Of a stretch of DNA of 39,477 nucleotides, positions 26,566 through 34,306 are shown piece by piece (position 1 is the first letter of the stretch; every line of letters begins with the position of its first letter). Source of the stretch: Planctomycetales bacterium (GTDB lineage: Bacteria > 4484-113); contig JBBIJQ010000009.1 in NCBI GenBank assembly GCA_037445915.1, forward strand, positions 5,977-45,453. Direction: 5' to 3'. Both the position numbers and the translations under genes were made by a program. The notes under the pieces are model-generated. The model was not told the origin of the DNA. It saw only the letters and a list, made by a program, of their open reading frames with translations, and did no database searches.

Positions 26566-27798
26566 TTACTCTTTGCGCATTGCCACGACCGGGTCAAGGC
26601 TGCTCGCCCGAGAAGCGGGCCACAATCCGAAGATAAGACCGAACATGATACACACGGTGACTGATACAGTTGCATAAAGCACGGGCACTGTCGCAGTAAA
26701 CTCAAGGTTCATCAACTTTGAAAGCCACGCGCCGACGATGAGCCCGCCGCCCCAGCCAAAGAGAATTCCTATTGCGCCGCCAATGACTGTTAACATAGCC
26801 GCTTCCAGAAGGAATTGCAGAAGCACAAGCCGCCTGCTCGCGCCGAGTGCCATGCGCAATCCGATTTCGCGCGTGCGTTCGGTGACCGTGACGAGCATGA
26901 TGTTCATTATGCCGATGCCTGCTACTAACAGCGCAATGAGCGCAATCACGCCGAAGAGGATGATTATTGTGTTTAAAAATTGGTTTGCGAATTTGAGCGC
27001 ATCGTCAAGCGACATAATTTGAAAGTTCTCTTTCGTCGGGTCGGAGAGTCGCCTGCGCTGGCGGAGTATCTGCCGTACTTCTTCGCGCGCAAGCTCAAGT
27101 GACTTAATGTCCGGCGCTACGCCGACGATCGCGTATATGTCGTCACTGCCTGTGACGCGCGCCTGGAAAGTCGTGAGCGGTATGCCAACTTGGTTGTCGG
27201 TGTTGTCCATGCTCCCCTTAGCTTCCAGCACGCCGATGACCATGAAACTACTCCCGCCGAGTTTGATAGTCTTGCCGACCGGGCTCTCATGCTCGCTGAA
27301 TAAGCGCTTGCGTACGGTCGCGCCCAGCACAGCCACGCGCTTGAGGGATTTCTGCTCGCCCTCGTTGAACGCGCGCCCTTCAGCTACCGTCACGCCGGGG
27401 CCGAAGTAATACTCCCATAGCACGCCAGTAACTTCCACTACGATGTTCTTGTTGGCATATTTCGCGTTCATCCCCATGCTCGCCATTGGCAGCACGAAGT
27501 CAAGATGCTTCGCCGCCTTAAGAGCTTCAGCATCATGTATCGTGAACGGCTCTATCCTACCCTGGCCGTAAGCGCGCCCGCCTTGCTGCACCGCCTGTGG
27601 CATGATGAATATCCAGTTGTTGCCGTAAGAAGCGAATGCGCCGGTGAACGCCGCGCGCAATCCTTCGCCCATGCTGACGATGAGGATTACGATGCCGACG
27701 CCGAATATGACGCCCAGAAGCGTGAGGATGCTGCGCCACGTGTTTGAGAGCAGGTTGCGCCACGCCATGCGTATGCTGTTCGCAAAAAGCCCGCTCAA
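26566..27798 (-). CDS. MacB/FtsX-like ABC permease
   Basis: RSILTLLGVIFGV, GIGIMNIMLVTVTERTREIGLRMALGA, PASRASSLDPV. Confidence 0.93.
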   Translation of the reverse strand: MSGLFANSIRMAWRNLLSNTWRSILTLLGVIFGVGIVILIVSMGEGLRAAFTGAFASYGNNWIFIMPQAVQQGGRAYGQGRIEPFTIHDAEALKAAKHLDFVLPMASMGMNAKYANKNIVVEVTGVLWEYYFGPGVTVAEGRAFNEGEQKSLKRVAVLGATVRKRLFSEHESPVGKTIKLGGSSFMVIGVLEAKGSMDNTDNQVGIPLTTFQARVTGSDDIYAIVGVAPDIKSLELAREEVRQILRQRRRLSDPTKENFQIMSLDDALKFANQFLNTIIILFGVIALIALLVAGIGIMNIMLVTVTERTREIGLRMALGASRRLVLLQFLLEAAMLTVIGGAIGILFGWGGGLIVGAWLSKLMNLEFTATVPVLYATVSVTVCIMFGLIFGLWPASRASSLDPVVAMRKE

Positions 27799-27813
27799 CG
27801 CGATACCCCCAGG

Positions 27814-29052
27814 CTACTCATATCGCAGCGCCTCCACCGGATCCTTGCGGCTCGCAAGGTATGCGGGTATCAGCCCGAAGACAATGCCGAACATTGAGCT
27901 TATCAGCAGCGTAATCACCGTTATCCAGAATGGCACGGTTACAATCCACCCAAAACCGGTAGCCTTGGACATTATTGATGCCAGCCCCAGCGCTCCCAAA
28001 TAGCCTAGGGTAAGCCCTATTGCGCCGCCGATTGTCGTGAGCAGCATAGCCTCAAGCAGGAACTGGCCGAGCACAGTGCGCGGCGGCGCGCCCAGCGCCA
28101 TGCGAAGGCCTATTTCGCGTGTGCGCTCTGCTACCGATGCCAGCATTATGTTCATAATCCCGATGCCGCCGATGAGCAGCGACACAGCCGCGATAACGCC
28201 GAAGACGATGACCAGCGTGTTAAGTATCTGCGAGCCGAGTTTCATCCAGTCTTCGGGAGTCTGAATCTCAAAGTTTTCCTTTGTCGGGTCGGTGACGTGC
28301 CTGCGCTGGCGCAGTATCCTTCGTATCTCGTCTTTGGCCTCTTCGGCTTTAGTGATGTCCTTGAACTTCGCAAGTATGAAGTAGATATCATCGCTGCCGA
28401 TGATGCGATCCTGCATCGTCGTAAGGGGGATGACAGCAAAGTCGTCCTGGGACACCCCGCCGATTCCGCCCTTCTGCTCCAGCACGCCTATGACTGTGAA
28501 ATCAATGTCCCGCAGCTTTATCACTTTTCCTATCGGGTCTTCAAACGCCGCAAAAAGCCGGTTCTTCACCTTTTCGCCGATGACAACGACGCGGCTGCGC
28601 GAGCGCAAGTCTTTATCAGTGAAAACCGTCCCCGCCTGTAGCTTCAACGCTGTCGTGGTGAAGTATCCCGAATCGCCGCCGTCAATTACGGCGGAGTAGC
28701 TCTTGTCGTTGCGCTTAGCCAGCCCCGAAGTGCGCATGCCGCCCTGCACATCCTTGATAAGTGGCGCATTACGCTTTAGCGCGTCAACATCGCCCATGTT
28801 GAACAGGTCCGTCCTGCCTTCTGCATCAATCACGCCTTCGCGCATGGCAGCCTTGGGGATAATCTGCACTATGTCCTTGCCCAGGCTCGCTATCTCGCCG
28901 GCGAAGTACTTCTTCATCCCTTCGCCGAGGCTGACTATGGTGATGACCGAAGCCACGCCGATGACCATCCCAAGCAGCGTCAGGAACGAGCGTGTTTTGT
29001 TGGCCATCAAGTTTCGCCACGCGATGGAGAAGTTGGAGCGCAACGTCTGCAC
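27814..29052 (-). CDS. MacB/FtsX-like ABC permease
   Basis: RSFLTLLGMVIGVASV, GGIGIMNIMLASVAERTREIGLRMALGA, DPVEALRYE. Confidence 0.93.
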   Translation of the reverse strand: MQTLRSNFSIAWRNLMANKTRSFLTLLGMVIGVASVITIVSLGEGMKKYFAGEIASLGKDIVQIIPKAAMREGVIDAEGRTDLFNMGDVDALKRNAPLIKDVQGGMRTSGLAKRNDKSYSAVIDGGDSGYFTTTALKLQAGTVFTDKDLRSRSRVVVIGEKVKNRLFAAFEDPIGKVIKLRDIDFTVIGVLEQKGGIGGVSQDDFAVIPLTTMQDRIIGSDDIYFILAKFKDITKAEEAKDEIRRILRQRRHVTDPTKENFEIQTPEDWMKLGSQILNTLVIVFGVIAAVSLLIGGIGIMNIMLASVAERTREIGLRMALGAPPRTVLGQFLLEAMLLTTIGGAIGLTLGYLGALGLASIMSKATGFGWIVTVPFWITVITLLISSMFGIVFGLIPAYLASRKDPVEALRYE

Positions 29053-29798
29053 TATCCGGCGCTTCCCCTGCGCGCTAACTCGGCTTCAACAAGCGCGACG
29101 TCTTCTGGAACATCCACCGAAATCGGCCTGTATGCGCATTCCACGGCGAGGATTCTGATGCCCGCCTCAAGCGCGCGTAGCTGCTCCAAGCTTTCTGCAA
29201 GTTCAAGCTGCGATTCCGGCAGCGCCACGAACCTCTCAAGTATGTCTTTGCGGTAGTAGTAAACGCCGATGTGCTGGAAGTAACGCGCATGCTCCGCCCT
29301 GCGGGGGTAAGGGATACGCGAGCGCGAGAAGTACAGCGCGCGCCCGTCTGCAGCTATGACAGCCTTCACGGTGTTCGGGTCGTCCAAAGCGCCGTCCTCG
29401 TCAGTAGATAGCGGCGTGACCAGCGTGGCAATCTCTGCGTTGGCTGCGCTTGCCTGCGCAACTAGCGCCAGGAGCGCTTGTGGAGACACGAGCGGCTCGT
29501 CGCCCTGGATGTTCACGTAGGCGTCCGCGGGGTAGTAGCCTGCGACCTCGCCCATGCGGTCGGTTCCGCTTTGGTGCTGGTCGGACGTGAGCTGCGCCTT
29601 CATCCTGCGCTTTGCGCAGTGTTCCATCACCCGCTCGTCTTCCGTGGCCGCCACAAGCTCGGCGAAGGCGCCTGACTTTTCCGCCTGGCGGTAAACGCGC
29701 TCAAGCAGGCTTACGCCCGCAATCGGCGCGAGCGGCTTGCCTGGGAAGCGCGTGGAAGCGAAACGCGCGGGAATAACCCCGACGACTTTTAGTGCCAT
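29052..29798 (-). CDS. kdsB: 3-deoxy-manno-octulosonate cytidylyltransferase
   Basis: IPARFASTRFPGKPL, SGTDR, NIQGDEP, ALYFSRSRIP, HIGVY, ESLEQLR; start moved to ATG 29798. Confidence 0.96.
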   Translation of the reverse strand: MALKVVGVIPARFASTRFPGKPLAPIAGVSLLERVYRQAEKSGAFAELVAATEDERVMEHCAKRRMKAQLTSDQHQSGTDRMGEVAGYYPADAYVNIQGDEPLVSPQALLALVAQASAANAEIATLVTPLSTDEDGALDDPNTVKAVIAADGRALYFSRSRIPYPRRAEHARYFQHIGVYYYRKDILERFVALPESQLELAESLEQLRALEAGIRILAVECAYRPISVDVPEDVALVEAELARRGSAG

Positions 29799-29802
29799 TG
29801 TC

Positions 29803-30243
29803 TCATCTCGCAATAATATTGATGCCGCCCATCGTGTCTTCGTTCCCGGTTTCAGACGGGGAATCGCCATTTTCGCCATCAGGCGGTTCTTCAGCCGGCA
29901 TGCCGAGGTGCTGCTTGCAGCGCTTGATGTTAAACTCGGCGTCCCACCTCTCATTGCCGTAGGTCTCCTTGAGCTTGTCGGTCAGCTCAAGAAAGCGCTC
30001 GTAAACGGGAAGGGCATCGGCCCACTTCTGCATCATGTAAAGCGTTCGCGCCTTCTCGTATGTGAGGAGGATACTGTCAGGATCTTTTTGCAGCCCTTTC
30101 TCAAACTCGGCAAGCGCGGCCTCGTAGCTTTTGGCGGCTTGCAGGTTCTTACCGAGAACGAAATGGTTGCGCGAGGGACTGCTGCAGGACAGGAACTGCC
30201 CCATGAAATAAGCGGTTAGTAGTATTGCGATACCCAGCTTCAC
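29803..30243 (-). CDS. Small TPR protein, probable lipoprotein
   Basis: Signal with FLSC; HFVLGKNL...YEAALAEFEKGL TPR pattern. Confidence 0.65.
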   Translation of the reverse strand: MKLGIAILLTAYFMGQFLSCSSPSRNHFVLGKNLQAAKSYEAALAEFEKGLQKDPDSILLTYEKARTLYMMQKWADALPVYERFLELTDKLKETYGNERWDAEFNIKRCKQHLGMPAEEPPDGENGDSPSETGNEDTMGGINIIAR

Positions 30244-30296
30244 AAGCGCTGATTATACTCCAGCGCAAGCCCTGCAAGTTCAGCGAGGGCTTAGGG

Positions 30297-31106
30297 TTAT
30301 CCTTTTTCCAGCGGCCGGTAAAGGTGCGGTTCCTTGCAGTTGAAGCAAAACGGCGCATCCGTCGGAAGCGCGGCGCCGCAATAGACGCAGCGCGAGCTGC
30401 GGTCAGTCAGCATTAGCTGCAAGTCCGCGATGAAGGCGCGCGTGTCGCCCGGCTCTCGCGGCTCGTCTTCAAACGCCTCCATCTCTTCCTCCTCGTCATC
30501 GTCAATCAGCGTAAACTTGTCGGACGGCACTTCCTCGTCATCGTCGTCGTCATCATAGTCCACGCTCAACGCCTCAGAACCGGTGTTCAGGTCTTCCATC
30601 GAGCGCAAGTTGTAGGCGATATCCTCGCGGAGATGCTCCGCCTCCTTAAGCTCGGCGGGGTCGGTTTCCACTTCCAGGTAGCGCGTAATGAAGTCCATCG
30701 CCAGCGGAAAATCTTCCTGCTCAAAAAGGAACTGCGCGGAGTACCAGAGCGCATGCGGGTCTTCCTGGTCGGCGCGCAAGGCGAACTTGAACGAACGCCA
30801 CGCCTCGCGGTCATGCCCCATGTTTTGGTATGTCAGCCCTAGCAAGTTCCATACATGCGCGTCGTCGGCGTTAATCTGCGTCGCCTGGTTGAGCAGCTTG
30901 AGGGCTCTGCGGTAGTCCTCCTTATCAAACGCTTCTTCGCCGCGCGCCACTAGGCGCTGGTAATCCTCCAGCGCCTTTTGCTTGTCGGCTTCCGCTTTTG
31001 CGGGTTCAACGGCTTCTGGCGGCTCCCGTACGAGCGGGAGCTTGCAGTCAATACAGACTTTGAAGCCCTCACGGTATTCGGCTTTGCACTTTGGGCAGTA
31101 AGGCAT
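30297..31106 (-). CDS. TPR protein with N- and C-terminal zinc ribbons and an acidic tract
   Basis: CPKC..CIDC; about three TPRs; poly-D/E stretch; CVYC..CFNC. Start moved to ATG 31106. Confidence 0.75.
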   Translation of the reverse strand: MPYCPKCKAEYREGFKVCIDCKLPLVREPPEAVEPAKAEADKQKALEDYQRLVARGEEAFDKEDYRRALKLLNQATQINADDAHVWNLLGLTYQNMGHDREAWRSFKFALRADQEDPHALWYSAQFLFEQEDFPLAMDFITRYLEVETDPAELKEAEHLREDIAYNLRSMEDLNTGSEALSVDYDDDDDDEEVPSDKFTLIDDDEEEEMEAFEDEPREPGDTRAFIADLQLMLTDRSSRCVYCGAALPTDAPFCFNCKEPHLYRPLEKG

Positions 31107-31113
31107 CGCCCGC

Positions 31114-31142
31114 AAGATAAAGCAAAAAGCCGAAGTTGTAAA
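31114..31142 (-). promoter_or_regulatory. Putative sigma70 promoter giving a leaderless transcript
   Basis: TTTACA-17 nt-TATCTT-7 nt-ATG on the minus strand. Confidence 0.5.
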
Positions 31143-31172
31143 GCGGAAAGCAGGGGTGAATCGGGAAATACT

Positions 31173-32501
31173 TTAACCGCGCATCTTCAGCCAGCCAAGG
31201 GCGTCGCGGAAAGTAATGAGAAGAATTAGCGATATTAGCAGCGCAAAGCCAAGCTTATGCGCAATGGCTTCACGCTTTGGGTTGATGCGGATGCCTATGG
31301 ACTTCAGCAGAACGAAGAAGATATGTCCGCCGTCCAACGCCGGTATCGGCAGCAGGTTCATCAGCCCGAGGTTCAGCGTGATTATCATTGCAATCTGAAT
31401 CAGGTTGTAAAAGCCGGTGCGCGAGGACTGGGCTATCAGGTTCACAATGCCAAGCGGCCCCGAAACCATCTCCGCGCCCTCTTTTGTCGCCAGTATTTTA
31501 AGCTGCGTAACGAAAAGCACTGTTGTGACGTAAACAGTGCGCACCGCGCGCACAATTGTCTCGCCAAACGGCAGGCGCTCCAGCTCGGAACGGAATAGGA
31601 CGCCGAACGTGTTGAGGTTTGTTCCAGCGGGGAGTAGAAGCTCAATGCGCGCGCCATTTCGCTCAACTACAATAGGCGTAGGTTCAGGCAGCCCTTTTCC
31701 TTCAGGGTCAATCAGGAAGTAAACATCAGTGCCAAACTGCACTTCCTCGCTGCCGACAGATACTACAATGTCGCCGGGGCGCATCCCTGCGTCCGCCCCC
31801 TTGGAGTTGGGCACCACCAGGTCTGCCTGGCGCGTTATCATCACCGCCTGCATGTTGAGAATGCCCAGGCTCGGCTTCCCCTCGTTGTAAGGAACTTCCT
31901 TGCCGTCCTGCTTCACGGTGAAGGCGCGCGGCGTCACAATGCGGTCAAAAATGGTGTCCCGCCTGTCCAGAGTGAGAGTAACCGGCTGGCCTGCAATGGC
32001 CGCCTCGCGAATGATTGACGAGAGCATGTAGCTGTCATATATGCGGCGGCCGTTGGCGCGTTCAACGATATCGCCCGGCTGGATGCCCGCTTCATACGCA
32101 GGCCCGCCGACTACGAGCGATTGCACCATAACAAACTGGCGCGGGAAGCCAATGAACGATAGGACGAAGATGAGGACGACCGCAAGGACGAAGTTTCCCA
32201 TGGAGCCGCCTGCGAGAATGAGCAGCTTCCACCATGTCCGGGCGGATTGGTACGAGCGCTCGGTAATGGGGTCGTCAGGGTCCATCCCAGCGACGCGGAC
32301 GAACCCGCCCAGCGGAAATGCGCAGATGTGGTAGCGCGTGCCCCGCCACTCCTTCGTCAATAACGCGGGGCCAAAGCCAATGGCGAAATCCGTCACATCA
32401 ACGCCTGCAAGCTTGGCGAACAACATGTGCCCGGCCTCGTGGATGATTATGACCAGGGCAAAAACGAACACAACCGCAATGATAGGCAGTATCTCTTGCA
32501 T
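31173..32501 (-). CDS. rseP: Site-2 protease RseP (M50, two PDZ domains)
   Basis: HEAGH, FAIGFGP, FPLGGFV, two PDZ-like repeats, NLLPIPALDGG. Confidence 0.93.
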   Translation of the reverse strand: MQEILPIIAVVFVFALVIIIHEAGHMLFAKLAGVDVTDFAIGFGPALLTKEWRGTRYHICAFPLGGFVRVAGMDPDDPITERSYQSARTWWKLLILAGGSMGNFVLAVVLIFVLSFIGFPRQFVMVQSLVVGGPAYEAGIQPGDIVERANGRRIYDSYMLSSIIREAAIAGQPVTLTLDRRDTIFDRIVTPRAFTVKQDGKEVPYNEGKPSLGILNMQAVMITRQADLVVPNSKGADAGMRPGDIVVSVGSEEVQFGTDVYFLIDPEGKGLPEPTPIVVERNGARIELLLPAGTNLNTFGVLFRSELERLPFGETIVRAVRTVYVTTVLFVTQLKILATKEGAEMVSGPLGIVNLIAQSSRTGFYNLIQIAMIITLNLGLMNLLPIPALDGGHIFFVLLKSIGIRINPKREAIAHKLGFALLISLILLITFRDALGWLKMRG

Positions 32502-32606
32502 TAGCGCAATGCTGTGCAGGCTTGCGTGCCTGCGCAGCTCAAGGATTATAGCAGGGCGATTAAATCCGGCGCGTCTCTAGCGCGCGCTTGGGCTATAATC
32601 ACGCCG

Positions 32607-33890
32607 ATGGATTCCCATGAATTCCCTGTGACCCTTATCGCGACCATCACTTTGTCGGAGACACTCGCCGGGCTAGTTAGCTTCCACAAGCCTGTGAAAA
32701 TGGCGTTGATAACCGGCGAGTATTTCCGGCCTTCTATAGAGCACGCGCTAACCAAGCTTGCCGCGCCGCCTGCCCGCACATCCGTCATCACAGTTGACGG
32801 GCGCAGCAGTAAGCCGAGCCCTTCATACTCTGATGCCAGCGCGTGCTTTGACACTGCATACGAAGCGGCGCGGCTGGCGAAGGATGAAGCGGGACGAAGC
32901 GGAGGGAGGGTCGTGTGCGACTTTTCTGAAGGAACCTTCCTTTTGCGGCTGGGGCTGCTCCGGGCGGCGGAAGAGTTAGGGCTTCCCGGGGTTTACCGCG
33001 CGTGGGCGGAGGACGCCCCGCTGGAAGTGCCGCGCGGGGAAATAGACTTGCAGCGCGAGCAGCCATTCTTGTTTCAGCAAACGCTCAATAGCGTGGAGGG
33101 GCTCGTCAACGCCAATCGCTTTGACACTGCGCATTTCGCCCTAAATGAGGCGCTACGTTCTGAAGCGGGCAGTGTTGACGGCAAAGAGGTTGCGTTTCTC
33201 CAACAACTGCTAGGTTTTGTAGAGGCGCTGATTAAGTGGGACCGCTTCGATTACCGGGGTGCAGCGCGGGGCTTGAAGCCGGTGCACGGGCAACTTGCAG
33301 GCATGGCGGGACTCCCGCATGCGGCAGCGCTCGCCGGGGAGGCGGAGAAGTTGCTTAAGTGGCTGGACCAAGTTGGCGGCGGAGTATCCTCCGAGTATCT
33401 GGCATATGACTTCCTTGCCTCAGCGGTGCGCTGCGCGGGGCGCGGTGCGTATTCCGATGCGATCATGCGCCTCTACCGCGCGCTGGAGGCGTACGGGCAA
33501 AGCGAAGCCTGCCGCTACTTCAACGTCCGCTCGACGGAGAGTTTTCCAACCGAGCTTATTCCCAACCATACCCGTTTCTTTAGCGGCCACCCGTTCTACA
33601 AGCACGGCAAAAAGATGGACCTGGGGATGGAGGCTACATTCGCCATCCTCCGCGCGGCAGGCTCAGGTGTTGGCGAGCGTTTTGCGCGCTATTACGAACG
33701 GCCTGCGAATGAAGGCATGAGCCTGCGGGATATGCAGTCAATGCGCAACAATTCTCCGCTGGCGCACGGTTCGTTTGTGATTGGCGATGAGGATTTCCGC
33801 AGAGCGCTGAAGCTGATGAATTCGTTTCTAGGAGCAGGAAAGCGGCAGTCCTGGGAGCTTGCGCCGGTAGTGCGCGTGAAACTCGCCTAA
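32607..33890 (+). CDS. TIGR02710/Csm6-like CARF-HEPN putative ribonuclease
   Basis: WDRFDYRGA, GAYSDAIMRLYRALE, HEPN-type RNNSPLAHG; CARF-like N-terminus with DFSEGT. Start moved to ATG 32607 (TATAAT 7 nt upstream). Confidence 0.75.
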   Translation: MDSHEFPVTLIATITLSETLAGLVSFHKPVKMALITGEYFRPSIEHALTKLAAPPARTSVITVDGRSSKPSPSYSDASACFDTAYEAARLAKDEAGRSGGRVVCDFSEGTFLLRLGLLRAAEELGLPGVYRAWAEDAPLEVPRGEIDLQREQPFLFQQTLNSVEGLVNANRFDTAHFALNEALRSEAGSVDGKEVAFLQQLLGFVEALIKWDRFDYRGAARGLKPVHGQLAGMAGLPHAAALAGEAEKLLKWLDQVGGGVSSEYLAYDFLASAVRCAGRGAYSDAIMRLYRALEAYGQSEACRYFNVRSTESFPTELIPNHTRFFSGHPFYKHGKKMDLGMEATFAILRAAGSGVGERFARYYERPANEGMSLRDMQSMRNNSPLAHGSFVIGDEDFRRALKLMNSFLGAGKRQSWELAPVVRVKLA

Positions 33891-34009
33891 GTAAAATAAA
33901 ACGCTAGGCGAGCCGCATACCATCGCCGCTGCCGTAAGCCGCATGTTGGCGCGGCTTGTGCGCCAAGCGATTAAGGAGACAGCCCGTCAAGCGTCGGTAA
34001 AGGCTTGTG

Positions 34010-34246
34010 TTAGTCGTCGCCGTCGTCGGGCATATCTTCGTCTTCGCCATTCTCTTTAGCGGGAGGGGCTGCAGCCCCGCCTTCATTGGCAGGAGTGGCG
34101 TTGTCAATCGGCGCGCTTTCAGGCTGGTTCAAGACCTGGCCCTTCGGATTATTGGGGAGGTTATCCCCGCCGGGGCAGGCGGTCATTGCAAACGATGCGA
34201 GCGCAAAAGCGATAACAAGGGCTAACACAGTTAGTAGTTTTTTCAT
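34010..34246 (-). CDS. Small lipoprotein with an acidic, disordered mature part
   Basis: MKKLL...FAMTAC lipobox; GGAGG SD. Confidence 0.75.
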   Translation of the reverse strand: MKKLLTVLALVIAFALASFAMTACPGGDNLPNNPKGQVLNQPESAPIDNATPANEGGAAAPPAKENGEDEDMPDDGDD

Positions 34247-34274
34247 CTTGGTAACCTCCAGATGGTTAGTGACG

Positions 34275-34304
34275 ATTCTAAGGTTGTTAATGCGCAGCTG
34301 TCAA
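34275..34304 (-). promoter_or_regulatory. Putative sigma70 promoter of the small lipoprotein gene
   Basis: TTGACA-18 nt-TAGAAT on the minus strand. Confidence 0.55.
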
Positions 34305-34306
34305 CA

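Noticed and set aside
33882-33960. Hairpins after the CARF-HEPN gene as an RNA antitoxin or mini-array
   Set aside because: Two unrelated hairpins between convergent genes, more simply explained as terminator structures
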